Origin: Akkermansia muciniphila
GTDB taxonomy: Bacteria; Verrucomicrobiota; Verrucomicrobiia; Limisphaerales; UBA9464
Length of the DNA: 64,000 nt
NCBI GenBank assembly: GCA_945861565.1
Contig: CAMAUY010000011.1
Location: forward strand, 6,444 to 70,443
Direction of reading: 5' to 3'
Shown here: positions 37,654 to 47,332 of the stretch, piece after piece
Layout of the letters: every line of letters starts with the position of its first letter
Position numbering within the stretch: the stretch's first letter is position 1
Position numbers and translations under genes: made by a program
The notes under the pieces: generated by a model
Seen by the model: only the letters and a program-made list of their open reading frames with translations
What the model was told of the DNA's origin: nothing
The model's database searches: none

Positions 37654-39810
37654 ATGAAAACCCTCCTCTTTGTTTGTACTGGCAACACCTGCCGATCGCC
37701 CATGGCGGAAGCCCTGGCGCGGCAGGCGCTGGCCGGCAAGCCCGGCTGGCGCGTGATGTCCGCCGGAGTGGGGGCAATCAACGGTCAGTACCCGAGCACC
37801 CATGCGGTGACGGCCATGCGGCAGCGTGGACTCGATATCTCATCGCACCGGGCACAAATGCTCACGGGCCGGCTGGTTCGAGAGGCGGACTACATATTGG
37901 GTTTGACTCACGGGCACGTCGACGGCGTCTGTCTTCTGTATCCGGAAGCGGCGGAGAAGACGTTTGCACTTCGGGAATTCGACGATTCCCTGGGTGCCCA
38001 TGACAAAGATATTGGGGATCCGATCGGCGGGCCGCTCGAGGGGTACATGGTATGCCGGGACCAGATTGCACAAGGGATCACGACGGCGTTGAAATTCATC
38101 GACCAACAACAATTGGGCGGTTCCAGCGCGAAGGGGGTGGTGTTTGCGGTGGGGGCGGATCATGCCGGTTACGAGCTAAAAGAGGGACTCAAGGCCCGTC
38201 TGATGGAGCTCCGCATTGAAGTGCTCGATTTGGGCACTCATTCGAAAGAATCCTGCGACTATCCGGACTATGCCCATTCGGTCGCCGAGGTCATTGCGGC
38301 GGGAGAGGCGGATTTTGGCTTGCTTTGCTGTGCGACGGGTATCGGCATGAGCATCGCGTCGAATAAGTATTACGGGGTCCGGGCGGCTCTCGTCTTCAAT
38401 GAGGAACTGGCGGCATTGGCGCGCCGTCACAATGACGCGAACATACTGTGTCTTGGGGCGAAAACGACGACTCCTGAACAGGCGGGGAAAATTCTCTCGG
38501 CCTTTCTGAATGCTGAATTTGAAGGCGGCCGTCACGAGCGCCGCGTAAACAAGTTGGAAGTTGAATCTACCATGGCCCACACCCTCGAATCCGTTGATCC
38601 TCAGATCGCCGACGTCATTAAACACGAACGCCGTCGGCAGCAGGAAAACATTGAACTTATCGCGTCGGAGAACTTTACCAGCTCGGCCGTGATGGAGACC
38701 CAAGGAAGCGTACTCACCAATAAGTACGCCGAAGGGTATCCGAAGAAACGCTGGTACGGGGGTTGTGAATTTGTGGACGTTGCCGAGCAATTGGCAATCG
38801 ACCGTGCGAAACAGTTGTTCGGCGCCGAGCACGCCAATGTCCAACCGCATTCCGGCTCCGGTGCCAACATGGCGGTTTATTTTTCCATGCTGAAGCCGGG
38901 AGACAAGATGCTCACCATGGATCTATCCCACGGCGGCCATCTGACTCACGGAAACAAGGCAAATTTCTCAGGGAAATTCTTCGAGATCATCCATTACGGG
39001 GTTCGCCGGGAGGATGAACGGATCGACTATGATCAACTGGCTCGGTTGGCTCGTGAGCATCGGCCCAAAATGATCACGGTTGGGGCGAGCGCCTATTCCC
39101 GGATCATTGACTTTAAGCGGATGGGGGAGATTGCCCGCGAAGTGGACGCGTTGATGCTGGCAGATATCGCTCATATCGCTGGCCTGGTGGCGACGGGACT
39201 GCATCCAAGCCCGGTGGCTCACGCCGATTTCGTCACGACCACCACTCATAAGACCCTGCGCGGTCCGCGCGGCGGCCTGATCTTGTGCCGGGAGAAGTAT
39301 GCGAAAACGATCGATTCGCAGGCGTTCCCTGGAATTCAGGGCGGTCCGCTGATGCATGTCATCGCGGCCAAGGCGGTTTGTTTTCTGGAGGCCTTGCAGC
39401 CCAGTTTCACCGACTATCAGCGGCAGATTATTAAGAATGCCGCCGCGCTGGCGGAAGGGATGAAGCGAAACGCATTCCGATTGGTCAGTGGCGGCACAGA
39501 CAACCACCTCATGTTGGTGGACGTTGGTGCCCGTGGGCTGACCGGCAAGCAGTGCCAACTGATGCTCGACGAAGCGGGCATCACGACCAACAAGAACACG
39601 ATCCCATTCGAAACCCGATCCCCGTTCGAAGGAAGTGGGGTTCGACTCGGCACGCCGGCGGTGACCACGCGGGGCATGAAAGAACCCGAAATGGCGGCCA
39701 TTGCGGATATGATCAGTGAAGTGCTCCTCGACATCGCCAACTCAACAACGGCCCATGAGGTGAGGCAACGTGTCCATGCGCTGACCGCTCGGTTTCCATT
39801 GCCCGACTGA
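37654..39810 (+). CDS. glyA: Tri-domain fusion: LMW protein phosphatase + ribose-5-phosphate isomerase B + serine hydroxymethyltransferase
   Basis: One uninterrupted frame of 718 aa. Residues 1-150: LMW-PTP ([21 protein letters not shown]). Residues 161-303: RpiB ([36 protein letters not shown]). Residues 307-718: SHMT ([31 protein letters not shown]). No in-frame stop at either junction. Confidence 0.8.
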   Translation: MKTLLFVCTGNTCRSPMAEALARQALAGKPGWRVMSAGVGAINGQYPSTHAVTAMRQRGLDISSHRAQMLTGRLVREADYILGLTHGHVDGVCLLYPEAAEKTFALREFDDSLGAHDKDIGDPIGGPLEGYMVCRDQIAQGITTALKFIDQQQLGGSSAKGVVFAVGADHAGYELKEGLKARLMELRIEVLDLGTHSKESCDYPDYAHSVAEVIAAGEADFGLLCCATGIGMSIASNKYYGVRAALVFNEELAALARRHNDANILCLGAKTTTPEQAGKILSAFLNAEFEGGRHERRVNKLEVESTMAHTLESVDPQIADVIKHERRRQQENIELIASENFTSSAVMETQGSVLTNKYAEGYPKKRWYGGCEFVDVAEQLAIDRAKQLFGAEHANVQPHSGSGANMAVYFSMLKPGDKMLTMDLSHGGHLTHGNKANFSGKFFEIIHYGVRREDERIDYDQLARLAREHRPKMITVGASAYSRIIDFKRMGEIAREVDALMLADIAHIAGLVATGLHPSPVAHADFVTTTTHKTLRGPRGGLILCREKYAKTIDSQAFPGIQGGPLMHVIAAKAVCFLEALQPSFTDYQRQIIKNAAALAEGMKRNAFRLVSGGTDNHLMLVDVGARGLTGKQCQLMLDEAGITTNKNTIPFETRSPFEGSGVRLGTPAVTTRGMKEPEMAAIADMISEVLLDIANSTTAHEVRQRVHALTARFPLPD

Positions 39811-39911
39811 GGAACGAAGTACGGCCGATTCGGGATTGATTCCGCGGCTGAATTCTTCCAAGGATTCCCAACGGATGACCCGATGTCCAGGTTGTCGCAA
39901 ACACTACGGCC

Positions 39912-40511
39912 ATGGTTCGCTACATCCTCCGGGGAATTACTCTGCCGCTGCAGCTGGATTTGCGAACCGGCCGGAACACCCTCGGTCGCGCTCCGACCAA
40001 TGATTTCGGGATCCCGGACGCCTCCGTTTCCAGTTTTCATTGCGAGATCGAAGTGAGCGAAAGCGGGGTGCTGGTGCGAGACCTTCAGTCGACGAATGGG
40101 ACGTTTATCGATGATCGACCGGTGACCGAAGAGGTTCTGCCTCAAGGTCAGATATTGCAGTTAGGCACGGTAACGTTTTGTCTGGAACTGGAGCGGATCG
40201 AAATCCATGTCCCCCAGCCGGTGAATCCTACGGCGGCGGCTCCCCAGGCGGTGGTCCGGGAGGACGGTCAGCTTGCCTGCACCCGCAATACCGCGTTGGT
40301 GGCGACCCACCGATGCACTCAGTGCACGCTTCCATTTCATCAATCATCGCTCCGCGGGGTGCGGATTTCGGGAGGGTCGAAGCGCGCGCTGCTTTTCTGT
40401 CCGGAATGCGATGGTGCCTGCGAAGCGATGCCCGGAATGGTCGAAGGGAAGAAGAAGTCTTTCTTCAGCTCGTTGTCTCAAACGATCCCGCTAGGGTGGC
40501 TAAAGAAGTAG
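39912..40511 (+). CDS. FHA-domain protein with C-terminal Cys-rich (zinc-ribbon-like) region
   Basis: GR...NDFGIPDASVSSFHCEIEV...VLVRDLQSTNGTFID FHA core. C-terminal CTQC...CPEC pairs. Confidence 0.75.
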   Translation: MVRYILRGITLPLQLDLRTGRNTLGRAPTNDFGIPDASVSSFHCEIEVSESGVLVRDLQSTNGTFIDDRPVTEEVLPQGQILQLGTVTFCLELERIEIHVPQPVNPTAAAPQAVVREDGQLACTRNTALVATHRCTQCTLPFHQSSLRGVRISGGSKRALLFCPECDGACEAMPGMVEGKKKSFFSSLSQTIPLGWLKK

Positions 40512-40680
40512 CCAAAGTTGTTTGATGAGTCGATTGTATCCGAACCACGGCTCCCGTCATGCTTCGAGCCGACTGGCACGCCGATTCTTCGGTCAACTGT
40601 CACTTTCTGCTTTATCGATCGATCCTCAACGGCTCAATCTTTTGTTCGCCGTGCGCGTATGATTCGTATGGTCCTACCCC

Positions 40681-41658
40681 ATGCCTGCTGCCTCTGACTT
40701 TCTGCCCGAGAAGGAAATAGACGGGATTCGGTGCCTCCTGTGTTCGGGCACTCGGCATTCCGTCCGGGATGCGTTGAAGCCGGCGGAGATCGCGACGAGT
40801 TGGGCGGTGATGGGGGTGAAATTGTCTGCCGCCGGCCGTGCCTGCTTTGCCGATTGTGGAGTGATCCGGCATCTCGCGTGCTGCACCTGTGGGTTTCAGT
40901 TTTTTGATCCGGCACCTGCGGGCGATTCGGCGTTTTACGGGGAGTTGCAACGTCAGTTTTCGGAATACTATCCGAAGACCTGTCCGGCTTTTGATCGGGC
41001 GATCGAATTTGCCCGGCGTCAGCATCTTGGCCAAGTATTCGACCTCGGCTGCGGCGCGGGTTTTTTCCTCGACCAGGCGCGGGCGGCGGGACTGAAGACG
41101 GGAGGGCTCGACCTCAATGCGACGGCGGTGGCGGATTGTCGCGCCCACGGTCACGATGTTCAACTCAGGTCGATGGCGGATTTTGCCGCACGAAATCCAA
41201 CGGATCGATTCCGTTTCATCACGGCGTTCGAAGTGGTGGAACATGTCCCGGATCCGACGGCTTTTGTGAAGGATGCCGCCAACCTGCTCCAACCGGGTGG
41301 CTGGCTCGGCGTTTCTGTACCGAACAACGATGGAGTTCACTCCTTGTGTGAACTGGAACCGCACCAATGGCCGCCACATCATTTGACGCGATGGCGAGTC
41401 GCCGACCTAGCTCGCTTAGGCCAGCAGGCCGGCCTTCGGTTGGAGGAGTCGGGAGCGGACATCCGGCACGGCTGGCACATCCGGTTTTTTATGGACCTTC
41501 AGGGCCGAATCGAAGAGGCCCTTGGGCGCCGGCCGTCGGTTCCTGGTCGCTGGTGGCCGGAAACCGTCTGCCTGCTCTACCGCGCATCGCTCATGAAACA
41601 ATGGGGACCTCACCGCGGACTAGGACTCTACGCGTTCTATCAAAAACCGGGTTCCTGA
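40681..41658 (+). CDS. Class I SAM-dependent methyltransferase
   Basis: Motif I VFDLGCGAGFFLD. N-terminal CLLC...CCTC zinc-ribbon-like segment. Confidence 0.75.
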   Translation: MPAASDFLPEKEIDGIRCLLCSGTRHSVRDALKPAEIATSWAVMGVKLSAAGRACFADCGVIRHLACCTCGFQFFDPAPAGDSAFYGELQRQFSEYYPKTCPAFDRAIEFARRQHLGQVFDLGCGAGFFLDQARAAGLKTGGLDLNATAVADCRAHGHDVQLRSMADFAARNPTDRFRFITAFEVVEHVPDPTAFVKDAANLLQPGGWLGVSVPNNDGVHSLCELEPHQWPPHHLTRWRVADLARLGQQAGLRLEESGADIRHGWHIRFFMDLQGRIEEALGRRPSVPGRWWPETVCLLYRASLMKQWGPHRGLGLYAFYQKPGS

Positions 41659-41665
41659 AGTTCGA

Positions 41666-42838
41666 TTGAAACTCCTGGTTTTCGCCCATACCCCTCCGCC
41701 GCACCATGGTCAGAGTCAGATGGTGCAACATCTGCTGGAGGGATTCAGTCACCCTGCCGGCGGCACTGGCCCCGAGATCGTCTGTTACCACGTCAACGTG
41801 CGGTTGTCAGACGATCTGGGCGATGTCGGGTCGCTCCGTCTTGGGAAAGTACTCACGTTACTGCGCTGTTGTTTCGTCGCCCTTGCGTATCGCTTTCGTC
41901 ACGGGATCCGGAATTTCTACTATGTCCCGTCGCCGCCGAAGCGTGCGTCGTTGTATCGCGATTGGATCGTGATGGCGATGCTGCGTCTTTTTTTCGATCG
42001 GGTCATCTTTCACTGGCATGCGGTGGGACTCGGCGAGTGGTTGGATGAACAGGCTCGCCCTTGGGAGCGTTGGATGAGTCACCGGCTTCTTGGCGGCGTC
42101 CAACACTCGCTGGTGCTGTCGAGATTCAGTGAGGCCGACGCGGCGCGATTATCCCCAAAACGAATCGATGTGGTCCCGAATGGCATTCCGGACCCGTGTC
42201 CGGATTACGCTCGGGGACTCGCGTCGGACCGCGCTGGACGTTGGGAGCAGATCCGCTCGGAAACCGGAACGCGGAGCGAACCGGTGACGGTACGGGTGTT
42301 ATTCCTTGCGTTGTGCACTCGGGACAAAGGGGTTCACACGGCGGTCGAAGGGATCCTCCTGGCTAACCGCCAGCTCGCCGCCAGGGGAGACCGATTGCGG
42401 TTCATGCTGACGGTTGCGGGCACGTTTGTTGATGCGATCGAAAAGGCGGATTTCGATCGGATGTGCGCGGTTGAGGGGGGGGGAACCATCCAGTTGGCTG
42501 GATTCTTAGATTCGGAGGCAAAGAGGACTACGTTCCGGCAGGCGGACGTTCTTTTATTCCCCACCTATTACGCAAACGAGGGTCAACCATTGAACATCAT
42601 CGAGGCGATGGCCTGGGGGCTCCCCGTCGTGACCACCCGTTGGCGGGCAATTCCGGAAATGTTTCCCGCCGGACAGCCAGGCCTGATCGAGCCTCGGTCG
42701 CCGGAACAAGTCGCCAACGCGCTTAGGGAAGTTGTGTGGCAGGCGGATCCAGCCGTCTTTCGGCGGAATTTTGAAGAGCGATTCCGAATCGAAGCGCACC
42801 TTGCTCGATTGAGGGCTGTTCTTCTTTTCAGCTCGTAG
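41666..42838 (+). CDS. Glycosyltransferase, GT4/GT-B type
   Basis: C-terminal EGQPLNIIEAMAWGLPVV (E-x7-E-type) motif. TTG start as listed. Confidence 0.75.
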   Translation: MKLLVFAHTPPPHHGQSQMVQHLLEGFSHPAGGTGPEIVCYHVNVRLSDDLGDVGSLRLGKVLTLLRCCFVALAYRFRHGIRNFYYVPSPPKRASLYRDWIVMAMLRLFFDRVIFHWHAVGLGEWLDEQARPWERWMSHRLLGGVQHSLVLSRFSEADAARLSPKRIDVVPNGIPDPCPDYARGLASDRAGRWEQIRSETGTRSEPVTVRVLFLALCTRDKGVHTAVEGILLANRQLAARGDRLRFMLTVAGTFVDAIEKADFDRMCAVEGGGTIQLAGFLDSEAKRTTFRQADVLLFPTYYANEGQPLNIIEAMAWGLPVVTTRWRAIPEMFPAGQPGLIEPRSPEQVANALREVVWQADPAVFRRNFEERFRIEAHLARLRAVLLFSS

Positions 42839-42914
42839 TCGGGGGCTCCTTAGCGCTCAATCGGGGTCAACGTCCGAGCTTGGAGATCGACCTCCAATTT
42901 GCGGAAATGAATCG

Positions 42915-44363
42915 GTGGCCATGAAATCAGTTCGTTCCAAAATGATAATGCCCCCCTCGGCACAGACTCGCCGGGCCTTCCTGGGGCGAGCCTCCACGGG
43001 AATAGGCAGCCTTGCTTTGGGGTGTCTGCTCGACCCGTCCCTGATCCGGGCCCGAGCTGAGGAGCGCTGGGCGGGAGTGATTCCCAGGCCTCATCTGCCC
43101 GCGCGGTGCAAGCGGGTGATTCATCTCTATCAAGCGGGCGGGCCCTCGCACCTTGAGACGTTTGATCACAAGCCCAAGCTGGCGGAAATGCATGGCAAGC
43201 CCATGCCGGAGAGCTTTACGCGTGGTCAGCAGATTGCTCAATTGCAGGGGCAGGAGCTCAAATGTTTCGGACCCCAATGGGGATTCAAACGCTACGGCCG
43301 ATCGGGTCAGGAAATGAGTGAGTTGTTCCCCCACATTGGGGCGGTGGCGGATGACCTTTGTCTCGTCCGGTCGCTGCACACGGAGCAGATCAATCACGAT
43401 CCGGCCCATACGTTCATGAACACCGGCTCCATCATCGCGGGTCGGCCCAGCATGGGCTCGTGGCTCTTGTACGGGCTTGGCTCAGAGACGGAAGATCTCC
43501 CCGGGTATGTGGTGCTGCACAGTGCGGGAAAGGGAGGTCAGATGCAACCGATTGCGGCGCGACAATGGCACAGCGGCTTTCTGCCGAGCAAGTTTCAGGG
43601 GGTAAAATTCAACGGGTCGGGAGATCCAGTACTTTACCTGGGTAATCCCCGGGGGGTCGCGACGACGGGGCAACGGGACGTGATTGACGCGGTTAACCGC
43701 CTCAATCGCCTTGAAAACGACCGGGTGCAGGATCCCGAGATCCACACGCGGATTGCCCAGTATGAGATGGCCTTCCGCATGCAAGCGAGCGTGCCCGGAC
43801 TGATGGATGTTTCCGGCGAACCGCGTCACGTCCTCGACTTGTATGGGTGCACACCGGGAGATGGTTCATTTGCGTCCAATTGTCTACTTGCCCGACGGCT
43901 GGCCGAACGGGGTGTCCGGTTCATTCAGCTCTATCACCGTGATTGGGATCATCACGGAAAGCTGAAGGAAGATATTGAACTCAAGGCCCGGGAGGTCGAC
44001 CAAGCAACGTTCGCCCTGATCAGCGACCTCAAACAAAGGGGTATGTTGGAGGACACGCTCATCCTCTGGGGCGGTGAATTCGGGCGGACACCGATGTCTC
44101 AGGGCGGCACCGGGAGGGACCACCATATCAAAGGGTTTTCAATGATGCTGGCGGGCGGCGGTATCCGGGGAGGCGTTAGCTATGGTGCGACCGACGAACT
44201 GGGCTATGCCGCGGTGGAGAACCCGGTCCATGTGCATGACCTGCATGCAACCCTGCTGCACCAATTCGGCATTGAGCACACGAAACTAACCTACCGATTC
44301 CAAGGCCGGGATTTCCGGCTGACCGATGTTTCGGGGGAAGTCGTCCGGCCAATCCTGGCATGA
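42915..44363 (+). CDS. DUF1501 domain protein (sulfatase-fold, Tat signal)
   Basis: Twin-arginine signal TRRAFLGRAS. HLETFDHKP, MNTGS and WGGEFGRTP motifs typical of DUF1501. Confidence 0.8.
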   Translation: MAMKSVRSKMIMPPSAQTRRAFLGRASTGIGSLALGCLLDPSLIRARAEERWAGVIPRPHLPARCKRVIHLYQAGGPSHLETFDHKPKLAEMHGKPMPESFTRGQQIAQLQGQELKCFGPQWGFKRYGRSGQEMSELFPHIGAVADDLCLVRSLHTEQINHDPAHTFMNTGSIIAGRPSMGSWLLYGLGSETEDLPGYVVLHSAGKGGQMQPIAARQWHSGFLPSKFQGVKFNGSGDPVLYLGNPRGVATTGQRDVIDAVNRLNRLENDRVQDPEIHTRIAQYEMAFRMQASVPGLMDVSGEPRHVLDLYGCTPGDGSFASNCLLARRLAERGVRFIQLYHRDWDHHGKLKEDIELKAREVDQATFALISDLKQRGMLEDTLILWGGEFGRTPMSQGGTGRDHHIKGFSMMLAGGGIRGGVSYGATDELGYAAVENPVHVHDLHATLLHQFGIEHTKLTYRFQGRDFRLTDVSGEVVRPILA

Positions 44364-44397
44364 GGGGAGGGCTGGTGGCAGTTCCGCGGGTCGGGAT

Positions 44398-45171
44398 TCA
44401 TTCGGCAGCATAGTTTGGCAGATAGATCTTCTGGTTGAGACATCGGGCGAGACTTTGGGCAAATGTTGCTAGCCCCTCTTTTGCGGCGTCGTCGAGGCGA
44501 TAGTGGATGTTGCCTCCAAGATATTGGCGGCGCAGTTCTGGATCGAAATCGGGATGGGTTCGAACGATCTCCGGTAGGGCCTTGAGACCGGCGTGGGCCG
44601 CGGCTTGAAGGTATTGTATTACCGCACGCTGTCGGACGGGATCGTCATCGATTCGGAGCGCCCAAACTGCGTAAACAAACGGGAGTTGGCGGGAGGTTTG
44701 CCATGCCTCGCCGAGATCCCAGAGCGTATGGGCATGCGATTGCTGACGGAACTTCAAGGCCGAGTCCCCGATGAGCAATACATTGGAAAGACTGGGGGCG
44801 GCAGAATAGTCGGTAAGTGGACGGAACGTGGGATAGATCCGACGGTCCTCCAGCAAGACTCGCAAGAGGTTGACGCTCGTGCAGGAGGCTGGATCGAGAT
44901 AGATCTCCCGGATTGATTCCAATCGTTCCCGATGGGCGAGAAAAACACTCCGGACCGGTCCGCGCGAAAGAATTCCGAATCCATCCATCACCCGGTAGCC
45001 CGGGTGCAACAATATCTCGGATACGCTCACCAGGGCCGCCTCCAGGCGATCGGCGTGCAGTTCGGCGGCGAGTTTTGCGGGGGGGAGGAACACGCATTCA
45101 GCTTCAATCCCATAGGTGAGGGGGGCGGCATTGAGGTAGGGTACGGAGCCGATCCGAAACCGGGGCTTCAT
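44398..45171 (-). CDS. mqnA: Chorismate dehydratase MqnA (futalosine pathway)
   Basis: RIGSVPYLNAAPL N-terminal signature. ATG 45171 overlaps the upstream stop as ATGA. Confidence 0.75.
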   Translation of the reverse strand: MKPRFRIGSVPYLNAAPLTYGIEAECVFLPPAKLAAELHADRLEAALVSVSEILLHPGYRVMDGFGILSRGPVRSVFLAHRERLESIREIYLDPASCTSVNLLRVLLEDRRIYPTFRPLTDYSAAPSLSNVLLIGDSALKFRQQSHAHTLWDLGEAWQTSRQLPFVYAVWALRIDDDPVRQRAVIQYLQAAAHAGLKALPEIVRTHPDFDPELRRQYLGGNIHYRLDDAAKEGLATFAQSLARCLNQKIYLPNYAAE

Positions 45172-46370
45172 GCCGTGGCGAGGTTCGTTTCCAGGGCGCG
45201 CGATGGAGCCGCATCCCCTCCCGATGCCGTCCCGGCGATCGCCATCGATTCGCTCTCTGCCCAAACGCGGAGCGGCTCGTAAAACGTATTTCGCTGAACC
45301 GGAATCCGGCCCGCCTCGCGGATGGCTTTTACGAGATCCTTTTCCGACTGCAATTGCGGCGATCGCGCCCCTGCCATGTGGAAGATGTGTTCCTCGATAA
45401 TTGTGCCGTGGATATCATCCGCTCCATAGCTCAGGGCAATTTGCGCCATTCTTAATCCCATCCCAACCCAATAGGCGGTAAGATGCGGAAAATTGTCGAG
45501 ATACAGCCGGGCGACCGCAATTGTCCGAAGGAGATCGGCCCCGGTTGGGGGCATTTTCACGGGGATTGAGTTGTTCTCCGGTTGATAGGGTAGGGGAATG
45601 AACCCCGTGAATCCGTGGGTCTCATCCTGCAGGCACCGCAGCTGCCTGAGGTGATCCACCCGATCACCGAGCGATTCGAGGTGCCCAAACAACATCGTGC
45701 AGGTGCTACGCCCACCGAGTTGATGCCAACTGCGATGGACAGCAAGATACTCTTCGGCGTTTTCTTTTCCCCGCGCGATGACCTTGCGGACGGAGGGTTG
45801 AAAAATCTCGGCACCACCACCGGTGAGGGACGCCAGCCCGGCTTCCCGCAGTTCGAGGAGCGTGTCCCGAACGGTTTTTTTTGCGAGCCAGGCGAGGTGC
45901 AGGATTTCGATGGCGGTGAAGCATTTCAACTGCAGGCGCGAATCGAGAGCCTGCAAGGCCCGGAGAAAGCCCGTGTAATGGCTGAAAGGCAGCGACGGAT
46001 GCAGTCCGCCGACGATGTGCAGTTCGGTGATGCCCAGGGAAAGGGCTGCGCGGGCTTTTTCGACCATCTGTTCGAGGGTGAGTTCGAAGCCATCGGCATC
46101 GCGTTTCTTACGGCTAAAGGCACAGAACTGGCAGCTGAGGATGCAGTAATTCGAATAGTTGAGGTAGCGGTTGAGAAGATAGGATGCCTTGAGGCCGTTG
46201 CGCCGGCGGTTTGCGATGTCGGCGAGGAGCCCGAGTGCGTTTAAATCTCGGGTCTTGAAAAGGTGGAGGGCATCGGCCTCGTCCAATCGAATACCCGCTG
46301 CGATTTTCTCCGCCAGATCCCGAATCTCACTGCGGTGAAGCACAAAGTTCACGGGCTTAATCAACATCAT
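45168..46370 (-). CDS. Radical SAM enzyme of the MqnC/MqnE family (futalosine pathway)
   Basis: CILSCQFCAF (CxxxCxxC), HIVGGLHP, GFIPLPYQPENN. I cannot separate MqnC from MqnE by eye. The start at MMLIKPV (46370) is chosen over the long listed ORF. Confidence 0.75.
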   Translation of the reverse strand: MMLIKPVNFVLHRSEIRDLAEKIAAGIRLDEADALHLFKTRDLNALGLLADIANRRRNGLKASYLLNRYLNYSNYCILSCQFCAFSRKKRDADGFELTLEQMVEKARAALSLGITELHIVGGLHPSLPFSHYTGFLRALQALDSRLQLKCFTAIEILHLAWLAKKTVRDTLLELREAGLASLTGGGAEIFQPSVRKVIARGKENAEEYLAVHRSWHQLGGRSTCTMLFGHLESLGDRVDHLRQLRCLQDETHGFTGFIPLPYQPENNSIPVKMPPTGADLLRTIAVARLYLDNFPHLTAYWVGMGLRMAQIALSYGADDIHGTIIEEHIFHMAGARSPQLQSEKDLVKAIREAGRIPVQRNTFYEPLRVWAESESMAIAGTASGGDAAPSRALETNLATA

Positions 46371-46466
46371 GAAAGCAAGGACGCCAAGTGGCACGATGTC
46401 AATCTGCCCTGCGGTCCCGTGGATTGCCTCGTTGCCTGTTCCGCCGACAGCCCCTAGCGTCGGGGC

Positions 46467-47330
46467 GTGGAAACTCCTCCGCCCCGTGTGTCGTCGGACA
46501 CGATACTGCTGCTGAACGATCGGCGGCAAAGTTGGTTTGGTGCGCTCATTATTTTTCTTGGGCTGAGCTGGTTGCAGTGGATGCAGACCGTGCGTCGCAT
46601 CGGGGCCTTCACATTGATCACCGTGGGCGTTGTCGTGACAAAATGGGGAGTGGCCGCGCGAGTGATCCGTCCAGAAATTCGTGAGCAAATTACCCGCTGC
46701 GGCCTCCGGTTGTTCCCGACGGTTGCTTTTCTTGGATTTGCCCTAGGCTTCGTAATTATCGGCCAGACGGTCGCCCTATTGTCGAAGGTTGGGGCCACCA
46801 ATTTGTCTGGAGTACTCATGGTGACGGTGGTGGTCCGCGAACTCGGTCCGCTGACGGCGGCATTGCTGGTGCTGGGGCGGGTGGGGACCGCAGCAGTAAT
46901 CGAACTGGGCACGGCGCGGGCTCTCGGGGAAGTGGAGGCACTGGAGGCACTGGGGATCGATCCAATTCACTATTTGGTCGTTCCTCGATTCCTCGGACTT
47001 ACCGTTTCAATCTTCTGTCTTGCCGTGTATCTGATCCTGGCGGCGCTTGGCAGTGGTTGGATCTTTGGTTTCCTTCAGGATCTGCCCATGAAACCCGCCG
47101 AGTATTTCGGCCAGATTGCCGCGGCGCTCCGCTGGGAGGATTTCCTGCTCCTGACCTTGAAAACCCTGGCTTACGGATCCCTACTGTCGCTGATCGTGTG
47201 CTATCATGGGCTGGCGCAACCTCTGCGTCTGGAGGAGGTTTCCCGTGCGACGGCCCGCACCGTGGCGCAGGCGGTGGTGGGGTGTGTCTTGGTGGATGGA
47301 GTCTTCATTGTACTGTATCTCCTGCTGTGA
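46467..47330 (+). CDS. MlaE-family ABC transporter permease
   Basis: VVRELGPLTAALLVLGRVGTAAVIELGTARALGEVEALEALGIDP is the MlaE/YrbE signature. Confidence 0.8.
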   Translation: METPPPRVSSDTILLLNDRRQSWFGALIIFLGLSWLQWMQTVRRIGAFTLITVGVVVTKWGVAARVIRPEIREQITRCGLRLFPTVAFLGFALGFVIIGQTVALLSKVGATNLSGVLMVTVVVRELGPLTAALLVLGRVGTAAVIELGTARALGEVEALEALGIDPIHYLVVPRFLGLTVSIFCLAVYLILAALGSGWIFGFLQDLPMKPAEYFGQIAAALRWEDFLLLTLKTLAYGSLLSLIVCYHGLAQPLRLEEVSRATARTVAQAVVGCVLVDGVFIVLYLLL

Positions 47331-47332
47331 CC

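Noticed and set aside
39875-40003. Alternative-frame ORF MTRCPGCRKHYGH... overlapping the start of the FHA gene; it could indicate a frameshifted N-terminal zinc knuckle
   Set aside because: It has only a single CxxC pair. The FHA frame has its own ATG at 39912 and a complete FHA core. A frameshift is not needed to explain the gene.
40612-41382. 256-aa minus-strand ORF
   Set aside because: It is entirely antisense to the well-supported SAM-methyltransferase gene and is Arg-rich. Shadow ORF.
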